Positions 8,888 to 18,004 of a DNA stretch of 28,538 nt are shown here, piece after piece (position 1 is the first letter of the stretch; every line of letters begins with the position of its first letter). This stretch comes from Escherichia phage Phi06_2974 B: sequence record KM389306.1. One strand, written 5' to 3'. The notes under the pieces are model-generated. The model was not told the origin of the DNA, ran no database searches, and worked only from the letters and a program-made list of their open reading frames with translations. The translations under genes were made by a program, and so were the position numbers.

Positions 8888-9841
8888 TTATTTCACGATG
8901 TTGGTGACGAGATACCCGGCATCGCCACCGACCACGGCGACTTTGTAGATATCGGTATAACGGCAGTACTTCACCTTGCCGCCGACGCCGTCGTATTTAT
9001 CCGCCACCGGCATCCCTTTACGGCGCAGGGTGTAGCCGAAGGACGGCTCGTTTTCGTCGGCGCTGTCGGTGCCCGGCTGGGGTTTGCCGACGTAATGCAG
9101 CATCAGGTTGTCGCCCCAGATATCAGCCGGGACTTTGTCCTTGTTCTGCGCGTCTTTCATGGAGGCCATAGAGACCGGCTCGCCGATCACCACATCTTCC
9201 AACTGGAAAAGGTCTTTCAGAATTTCGATGGTGATACGCTTGCGCTCGTTGGCTCCAATCGCGGCCTGAATCGCCGGGTGGAACTTCAGCAGCGACATGA
9301 CGCTGGCCCCCATGGTCATCAGGTTTGGGCGCAGGCCGGTTTTGTTACGTACCGCCTCAATGCCACCTTCAATGATGCCAATTGGATCACCTTTACCACC
9401 GACCCAGCGTTCAGCAGCTGCCAGTGCTTTAACGGACGATGCCGGGTAAACGTTTTTGTCCTGCGCCAGACGGGCCGCATACAGTTCGCGCTTCAGGTTG
9501 ACGCCACTGGTCACGCGACGAATGGCCTTGGCCTCTTCGTTGAACATCGACTCCGCCTGCTCGCGGTAGTCCACCGGCGCGGCCAGATCGTGCTCGTTAA
9601 GAACCAGATCCAGTTTGCCGGTCTTCTCACGTACCAGGACGTTACTGTCAGCCCCCACGGCACGCTCGGTGTCGTACTCAACAAAGGCGGATTTACCGAA
9701 GGTCGGGACGGTCACACCTTCCTTATCGGTCTGGACAATGGGGAAGATGCGTTCGCCGATAAATGCGGCATTTTTATAACCGCGAGCGATGCTGGTCAGC
9801 ACCGGGTCAACAACGCGCTTACCCTTTAAATAGTCAGACAT
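8888..9841 (-). CDS. major capsid protein (Mu T-like)
   Basis: ORF track 317 aa; ATG with SD AAGGAG; follows protease/scaffold gene as in Mu head module. Confidence 0.75.
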   Translation of the reverse strand: MSDYLKGKRVVDPVLTSIARGYKNAAFIGERIFPIVQTDKEGVTVPTFGKSAFVEYDTERAVGADSNVLVREKTGKLDLVLNEHDLAAPVDYREQAESMFNEEAKAIRRVTSGVNLKRELYAARLAQDKNVYPASSVKALAAAERWVGGKGDPIGIIEGGIEAVRNKTGLRPNLMTMGASVMSLLKFHPAIQAAIGANERKRITIEILKDLFQLEDVVIGEPVSMASMKDAQNKDKVPADIWGDNLMLHYVGKPQPGTDSADENEPSFGYTLRRKGMPVADKYDGVGGKVKYCRYTDIYKVAVVGGDAGYLVTNIVK

Positions 9842-9854
9842 GTTCTCTCCTTAA

Positions 9855-10952
9855 TTACAGGCAGCGGGAGACAGCAGCGTCGTAGCTGATGCCTTCTTTT
9901 TTCGACAGTTCCAGCGCTTTCTGATGCAGCGCCAGACGTTCCGGGTCGGCTTCAGCGAACTCTGCTGACGTCGTTTTGATCTCCGTGTTCACGCGGTCTT
10001 TGGTCGCGTGCTCACTGAAATTCAGTACCGGCTCAGTGCTGTCCAGCAGCGTCTTAAACGCCGTGGCCAGAGGGGTGCGGATATCGCCTTCGGCAAACTC
10101 AACCGGCTTGTCGCCTGCAGAGACCGCGTCCAGAATGGCCACGACAACCGACTTCGCTTTAGGAGCCAGTCGGCCATCGCCAACCAGCTTCTCGGCAAAG
10201 GAGACGTTGTCCGCGTGCAGTTTGTCCTGCTTAGCCTTCGCTTCCTGTTCCGCCCGCTGGGTGGCTTCCGCTTTCAGACGCGTGTTTTCCGCCTGAAGCG
10301 CTTTGATTTCTTCTTCAGTCATGGTGCTGTTCTCTTTTTGAGGGGTGGGATTGTGTTCACTGAAGTCCGGTTCAGACTTCCCGGTGTCGCGGTAAGCCTC
10401 TTCACGCAGGGAGTCCACCTGCCATGAAGGAAGCACCTTGTCGGTCTCGTCCAGCCCGAACTGGGCGATCAGAAAATCGCGCAGACGGCCCCATAAAGAG
10501 GCATTGGTGATATCACTCCAGTCGGCAAACTCCACGACGCCTTCTTCTTTCTCACCAAACGAAACCTGCTTAAGCCCCTTAATGGACGGTGGCTGCGCCC
10601 CCAGAAAGCCGACATGACGCAGGTAAAGCGTGCCGGGCTTCGGGTTGTTCGGTGAGTCCGGGAGATAGAACGAGGCTGAGACCTTCTTGAAGCGCCCGTT
10701 GCCCACCAGTTCGGCAAACTGCGGGTCGAGCTGGTCAGGCTCAGCCAGCAGATCGCCGCCGTTAAGCGACAGGGATTTCACCCAGCCCCACGCCGGGTCT
10801 TCCGTTTTGGGGTGGCCAATAACGAGTGGTGCTTCATGGACGGACGGGTCATAGGCTTTCACGCAGGCGGCAAGATCGCTTTGCGTGAACGGCAGTTTCG
10901 TGCCGTGCATATCGGTATGAGTACCGGCTTTAAAAATGTGAATGGCTGGCAT
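9855..10952 (-). CDS. prohead protease / scaffold protein (Mu I-like)
   Basis: ORF track 365 aa; N-terminal domain plus C-terminal charged coiled-coil region (scaffold-like); order G - I - T. Confidence 0.7.
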   Translation of the reverse strand: MPAIHIFKAGTHTDMHGTKLPFTQSDLAACVKAYDPSVHEAPLVIGHPKTEDPAWGWVKSLSLNGGDLLAEPDQLDPQFAELVGNGRFKKVSASFYLPDSPNNPKPGTLYLRHVGFLGAQPPSIKGLKQVSFGEKEEGVVEFADWSDITNASLWGRLRDFLIAQFGLDETDKVLPSWQVDSLREEAYRDTGKSEPDFSEHNPTPQKENSTMTEEEIKALQAENTRLKAEATQRAEQEAKAKQDKLHADNVSFAEKLVGDGRLAPKAKSVVVAILDAVSAGDKPVEFAEGDIRTPLATAFKTLLDSTEPVLNFSEHATKDRVNTEIKTTSAEFAEADPERLALHQKALELSKKEGISYDAAVSRCL

Positions 10953-10956
10953 TTTG

Positions 10957-10984
10957 CTGTCCCGCGTTACGTTGTCGGGGACAG
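10957..10984 (-). promoter_or_regulatory. stem-loop (CTGTCCC / GGGACAG, 14-nt loop) 5 nt upstream of the I start codon
   Basis: Read directly from sequence; on the mRNA it would cover the weak ribosome-binding region of gene I. Confidence 0.3.
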
Positions 10985-11086
10985 TCTGTGGAAAAAGCGT
11001 CAGCAGCGCTTTTAATCTGCTTTAGAAAAAATCGGGGGTATCAGTACGGGGAATGTCACGCTGCGGGCGAATAGTGGTGCAAAGCG

Positions 11087-11122
11087 GGGGCTGTAAAGCC
11101 TTTATAAAGGTAATACAGCCCC
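11087..11122. promoter_or_regulatory. 36-bp near-perfect palindrome in the G-I intergenic region
   Basis: GGGGCTGTAAAGCCTTTATAAAGGTAATACAGCCCC: outer 9-bp arms perfect, core CCTTTATAAAGG perfect palindrome; 30 of 36 positions symmetric. Confidence 0.5.
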
Positions 11123-11166
11123 TCAGCGGCTGGCAATGATAAATCACCCGCCTGCAGAGACAAAAC

Positions 11167-11625
11167 TCAGCGACGGGCCGCTGCTTCAAGATGGCGGACA
11201 ATCGTATCGAGGATAGGGACAACCACTTCAGGCTGCAGCTCACCGTCCCCCGTCAGCGGCAGGAACGGACGGGCAGGAAGTTCAACGGACTCATTACGCC
11301 CCGTTTTACCCCCAAACTGGTGAATCGGCCCATAAACGACATTAGTGCCAACCGCTGCCTGCCGGTCGTCATGGTCGGTTGATACCGACCCCATCAGACG
11401 CCCGGTATCCTGCAGCGTTTGCCCGTCGCGCTCCTGCGCTGCCAGCGAGGGAGTCCACCCCGGACGCCCCTCATCGAGAAAGTTAAACTGCGTTTCCGCC
11501 AGCAGGGTTCCGGCGATTTTGCGCATCGCGGGTTCCAGGTCTGTGGCAGCAAGATCCAGCGCACGGAGGCTCCGGCGCAGGGATTCATCGTTAATGGTGA
11601 CATTGACCAGGTTATCGGAAGCCAT
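11167..11625 (-). CDS. virion morphogenesis protein (Mu G-like)
   Basis: ORF track 11167..11892 trimmed to ATG 11625 (SD GAGAGGA) just after F-like stop at 11628; 152 aa. Confidence 0.6.
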   Translation of the reverse strand: MASDNLVNVTINDESLRRSLRALDLAATDLEPAMRKIAGTLLAETQFNFLDEGRPGWTPSLAAQERDGQTLQDTGRLMGSVSTDHDDRQAAVGTNVVYGPIHQFGGKTGRNESVELPARPFLPLTGDGELQPEVVVPILDTIVRHLEAAARR

Positions 11626-11627
11626 CG

Positions 11628-12449
11628 TTATCCTCTCAGTTCCTGCTGTGCCAGCGGTTGAAGCGTCCCCTGATAGCGGGCAAGGTCGGGACGGTATGCT
11701 GCCCCCGGCGCATAAGACCAGCCGACGTCGGTAGCCACCTTCGTGGTGCCGGTATTGAAGGTGGCGACGTTCTGCATCTCGCCGGTTTTCTCTGAGACCA
11801 GCTTCAGCTCCCATCCCAGAGCTGCGCCAGAACCTGACACCTTCAGGCCACGGGCACGCACATCCGCCGCGCTCAGGGCAATCACGCCACAACGGCAGCG
11901 CCAGCCGTTCGGCGGATAGAACGCCTGCCAGAACGGGTCATCATAGCGCAGCACCAGACCATGCAGCGCCAGATGGCTCTTGCGGGTATGGCTGTCGTTG
12001 ATGCCGGTATACATCCAGTACGGCCTGTCGTCGACGTTCTCCATCTGCTCAGCCCAGCGACCGGCGCTGTAGAGTACGGACATATTTGTGCGAAAGATGG
12101 TGTCGAGACGCCATGGGCTGCCCTGCTGGATGGTGACCGGCTCGCCCGTTACCGGGTCGGTGGTGTCACGTGACCCCCACCATCCCTTGCGCTGCAGCTC
12201 CGGCTCCAGCTCCTGCCGGAACCAGCGGCCTGTTTTTCCTTCATCGACAGCCTGCTGCAGTGCCCCGCGAATATCTTCCAGGATATCAAGGCGGGTCACT
12301 TTGGCGACGGTAAAGGCGCGGGCATGGGCATCCTGCCACATCTCCTCCCAGTCCCACGTGAAGCTATACCCTTTGGACTTCAGGTAACTGATAGCCCGTT
12401 TGGGGGGCAACGTCATGCAGTACGCCAGTTCAGCCGTTGTCACGCTCAT
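11628..12449 (-). CDS. head morphogenesis protein (Mu F-like)
   Basis: ORF track 11628..12476 (TTG) trimmed to ATG 12449 with GGGGG SD; follows portal gene; start uncertain (alternative ATG 12416). Confidence 0.65.
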   Translation of the reverse strand: MSVTTAELAYCMTLPPKRAISYLKSKGYSFTWDWEEMWQDAHARAFTVAKVTRLDILEDIRGALQQAVDEGKTGRWFRQELEPELQRKGWWGSRDTTDPVTGEPVTIQQGSPWRLDTIFRTNMSVLYSAGRWAEQMENVDDRPYWMYTGINDSHTRKSHLALHGLVLRYDDPFWQAFYPPNGWRCRCGVIALSAADVRARGLKVSGSGAALGWELKLVSEKTGEMQNVATFNTGTTKVATDVGWSYAPGAAYRPDLARYQGTLQPLAQQELRG

Positions 12450-13926
12450 GCAGACGCCCCCAGACAGTTGCAACAAACATAATCCGTGCCAGCCGTTCCT
12501 GCAGGTCTTCAGCGTTCATCTGCGGGTACAGCTCGGCCAGTTCGCCCAGCAGCTCAGACGGATTGACGCCATCTTCAACCCGCTTAAACAAAGGAGCCAG
12601 TACGGGTTCCAGCGTGCCATTTAACGCGCCTCCGTTCATCAGAATATCCAGCGCGTCGTCCAGGGCCTGCTGTGCCTGAATATCGGCATCAATAGCTTCG
12701 GCAAATGACAGCGGCAGCATGTTCTTCTGGCGTTCTGACGGTGGTGTCTCGTCAATATCACCGTCCTGCAGCTGGTACTCACGCTTGAAGTATTGCGGGG
12801 TGAAGACCACACCGGCGCGGCTGAGTTTCTCGTCGCGGGTTGCCTGGGTATCGTCGACCGTTCCCTGTTCCCACATCTTCCAGACGGGGCTGGCCACGTC
12901 GCCAAAGTTCATTGATACCGCCATCCTGATGGCCTGATTCACCGCGCTTTCCACGATATCAGCGTCAGCGTCACGGATATCATCAGTAACCTCCAGTCCG
13001 GCCTGCGCGGAGGCGCGGTTACTGTTGGCCTCGGTGGTCTGGTTCTGCCCCAGCAGGGCGATGGAGATTTCACTGCGGGCAAGCGTTATCAGGTTCTGAT
13101 AAATATCGCTGCTGTCGGCCTTGCCTGCGGCCTCCTTAATTTCAATGGAGGAATCGTCGGGGATAGCGGCCACCGCGTCTTCCACCATTGCCTCCATGGA
13201 ATCCAGCAGCAGGTCAATCTCACCCTGAGCGGTACCGCGCGGATGCTTGCCGATAACCCACGGTGAGCCATATTTCTCGGCAAAGCGCACCCAGAACTTC
13301 ATGCCGCCTTTTTTGAAGGTCACGGGCCAGAAGCACATCGACAGGTCAGGGAAGCCATACGGGTTATCGTAGGTCGCGTCCTGACGCGGTACCACAAACT
13401 TGTTCAGCGGTACCGGCTCGCCTTCCAGCCCGGCGTCCTTGGCGCGAAAGCGCAGCAGGTTGTCGTTGTCGAACTGGAACCACTCAGGGGGTTTACCTAC
13501 GATATCGGCAATGGCCCAGGATTTAACAGAGCGTCCCCACATGATCTCACAGGGCTGATACCCGTAGAGAACGGCGTCGGTCATCTCGCCGATGATGCGG
13601 GACAGATCCAGATCGTCGAGCATATCCCGGATGAAGCTGAATACCCGCGCCGGGGCATGACCACGTTCAAGACCGCGCTCCAGCGATTTGACCGCCGCCT
13701 TACGCCTGCGGATGCAGCCACCGACCAGCGGGTCGGTACGCAGCTCGCGATAGATGCGGATATCCCGGCCCTGAGATTTCAGAATGGGGTCAGGGTTAGG
13801 CAGGTACATCCCCAGCCCGAAGAAGTCGATGGAACGGCTGCGCGAGGCGATCTGCTCCGTCAGTGTTTTATTAGGTTCGGCAAATTTGACGAACTCACTG
13901 GGTGAAACCCAGAGTCCACGGGCCAT
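12430..13926 (-). CDS. portal protein (Mu gp29-like)
   Basis: ORF track 498 aa; ATG overlaps terminase stop (TGATG); size/position after large terminase. Confidence 0.75.
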   Translation of the reverse strand: MARGLWVSPSEFVKFAEPNKTLTEQIASRSRSIDFFGLGMYLPNPDPILKSQGRDIRIYRELRTDPLVGGCIRRRKAAVKSLERGLERGHAPARVFSFIRDMLDDLDLSRIIGEMTDAVLYGYQPCEIMWGRSVKSWAIADIVGKPPEWFQFDNDNLLRFRAKDAGLEGEPVPLNKFVVPRQDATYDNPYGFPDLSMCFWPVTFKKGGMKFWVRFAEKYGSPWVIGKHPRGTAQGEIDLLLDSMEAMVEDAVAAIPDDSSIEIKEAAGKADSSDIYQNLITLARSEISIALLGQNQTTEANSNRASAQAGLEVTDDIRDADADIVESAVNQAIRMAVSMNFGDVASPVWKMWEQGTVDDTQATRDEKLSRAGVVFTPQYFKREYQLQDGDIDETPPSERQKNMLPLSFAEAIDADIQAQQALDDALDILMNGGALNGTLEPVLAPLFKRVEDGVNPSELLGELAELYPQMNAEDLQERLARIMFVATVWGRLHERDNG

Positions 13927-15449
13927 CAGTAATCCTCCAGCATACGGGCCGCCTGACGACGACGGCGTGAGCTTGCCTTCACCGGCCCTTTGTTAATTTC
14001 ACGACTGGCGAAGTACGCCAGCGCCAGTGCGATGGCTGAATCCCCGTGACGCTTGCCACTGTCAGACTTCGCTTTTGAGCGCTGTTCCGGCACGCGGGGA
14101 ACGCCGTTTACCACCTGAACGGCCCGCAGGTCATCCAGCGTATCTTCATCCTTCGGTAAATCCACCAGGTTGCCATCTTCCAGCGCAGCCTTGACCGGCG
14201 GCATATGCTCGCGATACCAGTTTTCAGTTGGCATCACCTGCTTAACCCGGCTGGAGCCGTAGCGCTGCATGGCGTATTCGGCGAGGTAAGAGCCGTTACC
14301 ACGGGCATCAAACGCTGCACCCAGCAGACCGGGCAGGCCATCCATCAGGTACCAGGCGATTTGCTCCTGCTGTTTGAACGGCACGTTGCGCAGCTCCAGC
14401 ACGAACGGCACGCGGCGAACCAGGTTCTTCTCCTGCAGCAGGGGATAGTCCACCGACAGGTCACCGCTGCGGCCAAAGTCGCGACCCAGGAAAGAACGTG
14501 CGTCAGCGGGGAGCGCCTCCAGCAACGGTTTCAGATGTGTATCAAGCCACTCCTGCGTCTCGCTCCAGCGGACATCATCGGGCTTCAGCTCGTAACCCTC
14601 CGGGCAGGTCAGACGCAACACCGGCGTGCCAGCCGACATACGGGACTCAATCAGGGCGCGGGACAGCCAGGCTCCGCCACCGTTGGCCGGAACACAGTCA
14701 AGCTCCTCCGATGCACCGGCACCGTAGAATTTGTACACCGATGCCATCCACGCCTGCTCGGATGCTTCCGACCATTCTTTCCCGGTACGCAGGCAGACGC
14801 GGTGGAACAGCCCTTGGGACACAGCCTCCTGAAAAGTAATGCGATGTACGCTGCCCCCCTGACGCCCGGCCCGGATATCACCGATAAGCGTATTGAACGG
14901 GTTATCGTCACCGTCATGGGTGGAGATAACGCGCACTTTACCGCCCCAGATAAGCATCGCCAGCGCCGCCTTCAGCAGTTCGTCCAGTTGCTCATGGAAC
15001 GCCGCTTCGTCGATAACGATGATGCCCTGACGGCCACGCAGGTTAGACGGACGGCTGGAGAGCGCGACAACGCGGAAGCCGGAGTCAGGGAATTTGATGG
15101 TGTAGGTCTTGATATGCTTGTCGTCTTCGTCCTCTTCCCAGAAACCCTCTTCGATTTCACTGGCGGCATAGTTGAATGCCCGCGCCCACATCGCACACGC
15201 CTGGATATATTCGACGGTCATGTCCTGGTTATAGGCGATGTAATACACGTTCATCCCACCCGCAGGGGCTGAAGAGGCTGCGGTCAGCACGTCATCGGAC
15301 GCCTCAGCCCAGGTGATACCGGTTCGGCGGCTCTTCTCAATCACCTTGAGCGGAGACGTGTCAGCCACCCAGCGCTGCTGGTAGGGCATCAGAACGGCGG
15401 GGATATCCAGCGCCGAGGTGTCAGGCAAAACAGGAGCAAGCTGGCTCAT
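13926..15449 (-). CDS. terminase large subunit (Mu gp28-like)
   Basis: ORF track 507 aa; ATG at 15449; acidic segment EEDEDD, nuclease-like C-terminal half; position before portal. Confidence 0.8.
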   Translation of the reverse strand: MSQLAPVLPDTSALDIPAVLMPYQQRWVADTSPLKVIEKSRRTGITWAEASDDVLTAASSAPAGGMNVYYIAYNQDMTVEYIQACAMWARAFNYAASEIEEGFWEEDEDDKHIKTYTIKFPDSGFRVVALSSRPSNLRGRQGIIVIDEAAFHEQLDELLKAALAMLIWGGKVRVISTHDGDDNPFNTLIGDIRAGRQGGSVHRITFQEAVSQGLFHRVCLRTGKEWSEASEQAWMASVYKFYGAGASEELDCVPANGGGAWLSRALIESRMSAGTPVLRLTCPEGYELKPDDVRWSETQEWLDTHLKPLLEALPADARSFLGRDFGRSGDLSVDYPLLQEKNLVRRVPFVLELRNVPFKQQEQIAWYLMDGLPGLLGAAFDARGNGSYLAEYAMQRYGSSRVKQVMPTENWYREHMPPVKAALEDGNLVDLPKDEDTLDDLRAVQVVNGVPRVPEQRSKAKSDSGKRHGDSAIALALAYFASREINKGPVKASSRRRRQAARMLEDY

Positions 15450-15994
15450 GAGGCAATCCCCAGAATTTCACGACGCAGCGCCTGTACCGCATCGGTTGAC
15501 AGTCCACCCTTACGGGCAATTTTCTCGGCGTTGCTGGCCGCCTGCTGCGCTCTGGCCCGGACTTCAGACTGGAACTTCTTGAGGTTGACGGAAGCGCGGG
15601 ACAGCGTGGCCACGTTCTTTGCCACCTTCGACAACAGCGCCACGCGCTCTTTGGGGTCGACTTCGCCTTCTTCCGCTTCCTGCAGCTGGACGATGCTCTC
15701 GAACAGCTCGGTCTGAATCAGGGCGATCACCGCCTCCGAACGTGCATCCTGATCGTCAGCCGCACCTTCGGTCAGCATCCGGGCCGCTTCAGTGGCTGCA
15801 CGGATAGCGCCATAGCGGCGCTCAATCTTCTGGCCATAGCGATGGATAGCCGATTTGCTGATGACATAACCCTGCTCACGCAGCAGGGACTCCAGCTCGT
15901 TATACCCGCTGAAGCCGGATTCAGTCAGCGCCCGCTCAAGCCAGCGACGCACGTCTTCCGGCAGCTTTTCTATCGTGCTGCGTCTGGCCATCAT
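15446..15994 (-). CDS. Mu gp27-like protein (putative small terminase / DNA-binding packaging protein)
   Basis: ORF track 182 aa; ATG at 15994; N-terminal HTH-like segment, immediately upstream of large terminase with ATGA overlap. Confidence 0.5.
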   Translation of the reverse strand: MMARRSTIEKLPEDVRRWLERALTESGFSGYNELESLLREQGYVISKSAIHRYGQKIERRYGAIRAATEAARMLTEGAADDQDARSEAVIALIQTELFESIVQLQEAEEGEVDPKERVALLSKVAKNVATLSRASVNLKKFQSEVRARAQQAASNAEKIARKGGLSTDAVQALRREILGIAS

Positions 15995-16302
15995 TCACTC
16001 CAGTACTTTTCCGGGCGGGCGATACCGGGGCCGCATTCCACGGTATATTCCACCAGGTCAACGCCGAGGCGGGTCAGGTCGGCAAACCAGTCGCCGGAGG
16101 GTTTTTTCTCCAGATCAACCATCTTGCGGTCGGACAGATAATCCAGCTCACGGCGCAGCTCCAGCGGAGTGGTGTCCGGGTAGATGGCGCGGGACACGTC
16201 CAGCAGCAGCGTCTCGCTGGCGGTGTACGGGCGGGTTTTGTTCAGAGCAACCAGCAGACTCCAGCGCAGGGATTCCCGGCGCACGCGGGCGATATCAACC
16301 AT
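15991..16302 (-). CDS. hypothetical protein (103 aa)
   Basis: ORF track 15991..16389 (GTG) trimmed to ATG 16302 with SD AGGAGG at 6-nt spacing. Confidence 0.4.
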   Translation of the reverse strand: MVDIARVRRESLRWSLLVALNKTRPYTASETLLLDVSRAIYPDTTPLELRRELDYLSDRKMVDLEKKPSGDWFADLTRLGVDLVEYTVECGPGIARPEKYWSE

Positions 16303-16627
16303 GGTGACCTCCTGTATGACGATACTGCTGTACCACTTCCAGTTTGTTGTAGAGTGCGTCCAGCTTGGCCTCGATGACCGTCTGCCCACGGATGTAATCC
16401 TCGCGGCGGACGTAGTTCAGCGGTAAATCCGCCTTAAACCGCATAAATTCTTTTTCCAGCTCGCCCCAGTTGGAAGCGGACTGTTGCAGCGACTGCTCAA
16501 GAGAGGCGAACCGCGCCGCCTGACGCTCCTCCGCTTTACTGAACAGCCACTTGGCCATACCGCCGACAAAGCTCATGAAGGTGATGAGAAAGCCCACCAC
16601 CGTCCAGAATTCAACCTGCAACGTCAT
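16295..16627 (-). CDS. membrane protein with N-terminal TMD and coiled-coil tail (lysis-associated; possibly antiholin/releasin-like)
   Basis: ORF track 16295..16687 trimmed to ATG 16627 (ATGA overlap with i-spanin stop, SD AAGGA); hydrophobic segment FWTVVGFLITFMSFVGG. Confidence 0.4.
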   Translation of the reverse strand: MTLQVEFWTVVGFLITFMSFVGGMAKWLFSKAEERQAARFASLEQSLQQSASNWGELEKEFMRFKADLPLNYVRREDYIRGQTVIEAKLDALYNKLEVVQQYRHTGGHHG

Positions 16628-17277
16628 TTCTGTAATCCTTCCCGTTCGTCCAGCAGCCCGTTTATCTGGCTGCGCCAGATGCGGCACTGCTTCGCGTTGT
16701 CGATGATGTTGGCGAGGACATCACGCTGGGAGACGCCTGAGTTGCGTAGCCAGGCGTCAGCGGCTTCAGGTTGCCCGGACGCTGCGCCAGTGCCGGTGCC
16801 AGCGGCGGCAGTTGCGTCTGAATGACCGGTGTCGACGGATGCGTTGTCATATCCGAGCGCGGCGTTGTACTGGCGCACGAAACCGCGAGTAAACACGCAC
16901 TCAATGGGATGGCTCTTACCTTTTTCATCAATCCAGCGCTGTGTGACATCGTTAATTTGCCCCTGTAGTTGTTTGTTCTGGCTCTCCAGTTGAGCAATCT
17001 GCTCAAGGTAACTGGCTTCAGCCTGCTGCCCGGCGGCTACCTGTTCCTGATACCGTTTCGCCCAGGCCCGCAACGCAGCGTTCTCAAGCGTTGCCTGCTC
17101 CGTTTTGTACGTGTCGAATGCTGACTGCAACTCACTGACCGCCTTATCGCCGTCGCGCGTGGCGTTTTCATGCCCGCTTTTGTAGCCCAGGTAATAAAGC
17201 CCAATCAGAAAAGCATTTATGACCACCGCCAGCAGCAGACTGCGCCACGGCAGATTTTTTAGCAGGTTAGTCCACAC
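16624..17277 (-). CDS. i-spanin (Rz-like inner-membrane spanin subunit)
   Basis: ORF track 16624..17379; proposed GTG start at 17277 with SD GGGGAGG 8 nt upstream, just after endolysin stop; N-terminal TMD then long coiled-coil periplasmic domain. Confidence 0.55.
   Translation of the reverse strand: MWTNLLKNLPWRSLLLAVVINAFLIGLYYLGYKSGHENATRDGDKAVSELQSAFDTYKTEQATLENAALRAWAKRYQEQVAAGQQAEASYLEQIAQLESQNKQLQGQINDVTQRWIDEKGKSHPIECVFTRGFVRQYNAALGYDNASVDTGHSDATAAAGTGTGAASGQPEAADAWLRNSGVSQRDVLANIIDNAKQCRIWRSQINGLLDEREGLQK
16662..16928 (-). CDS. o-spanin (Rz1-like outer-membrane lipoprotein), fully embedded in i-spanin gene in +1 frame
   Basis: ORF track 16662..17006 trimmed to ATG 16928; MKKVRAIPLSACLLAVSC signal/lipobox-like N-terminus followed by proline-rich region; embedded architecture as in lambda Rz/Rz1. 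Confidence 0.45.
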   Translation of the reverse strand: MKKVRAIPLSACLLAVSCASTTPRSDMTTHPSTPVIQTQLPPLAPALAQRPGNLKPLTPGYATQASPSVMSSPTSSTTRSSAASGAAR

Positions 17278-18004
17278 AGCTGCCGCCTCCCCAGGTGAGA
17301 TAACGCGGGGCCAGTTCGTGCAGGATGCGCTGCGGATAATGACGGTTCTCCCGCCAGTTGGCAGTGCTGCGTCCGGCATTCACCGTGGCGACATGACCAA
17401 ACCAGCGGGTGCTGTCCAGCCCCTGCTGCGAGGCCAGCCGTTTGTCCCGCTGTACCCAGCCCAGACCACCGTTATAGCCTGACAGCGTCATGGCCATACG
17501 CTCGCAGTCATTGACGGCGCTGACGCGTTGCCACAGCCAGCGGTCATAGCTGACCAGCGCCCGGATGGCCCAAGACGGATTAAACGGTTCACGGCTGTTA
17601 AGCCCCGGCATCAGCTGACTTATCCAGTCAGCGGTGGTGGGCATAAACTGCGCCAGTCCCTGAGCGCCAACCGGCGAGACCGCATCAGGTCGCCAGCCGC
17701 TTTCCTGATGCAGCTGCGCGGCGAAGTCGGCCACCGGCGCAGACATTCCCCATTCAAGCCGGGCATTACGGATCACATCGTCGCGATACTGCAGCGCGGT
17801 CTGCGGTGGCTGGGCAGCGCGGGCCTGACTGAAGAAGCCGCCACACCAGAGCAGCCAGGCTACCGTTACTGAACCAAAGAGCTGCCACCAGAAACTGTGC
17901 TTACCCGTTCGGGCCTGCCCGTGGCGGGCCAGTTCGATGCCCAGCCCCAGCAGTACCAGCACGGCCCAGACAACCTGAGGCCAGTACATATAGAGGGTCA
18001 TCAT
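17267..18004 (-). CDS. endolysin, lytic transglycosylase (SLT) type with hydrophobic N-terminal signal-anchor (SAR-like) region
   Basis: ORF track 245 aa; motifs QESGW...GLAQFMP...SGYNGG consistent with SLT family; residues ~5-60 contain two hydrophobic stretches; ATG overlaps holin stop (TAATG). Confidence 0.65.
   Translation of the reverse strand: MMTLYMYWPQVVWAVLVLLGLGIELARHGQARTGKHSFWWQLFGSVTVAWLLWCGGFFSQARAAQPPQTALQYRDDVIRNARLEWGMSAPVADFAAQLHQESGWRPDAVSPVGAQGLAQFMPTTADWISQLMPGLNSREPFNPSWAIRALVSYDRWLWQRVSAVNDCERMAMTLSGYNGGLGWVQRDKRLASQQGLDSTRWFGHVATVNAGRSTANWRENRHYPQRILHELAPRYLTWGGGSCVD

Noticed and set aside
10812-11243. Small ORFs in and around the G-I gap (10812..11015 +, 11022..11243 -) as possible anti-CRISPR-like accessory genes
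   Set aside because: Both overlap the G or I coding sequence, lack an RBS and have Cys/Arg-rich improbable composition; the gap is better explained as regulatory DNA
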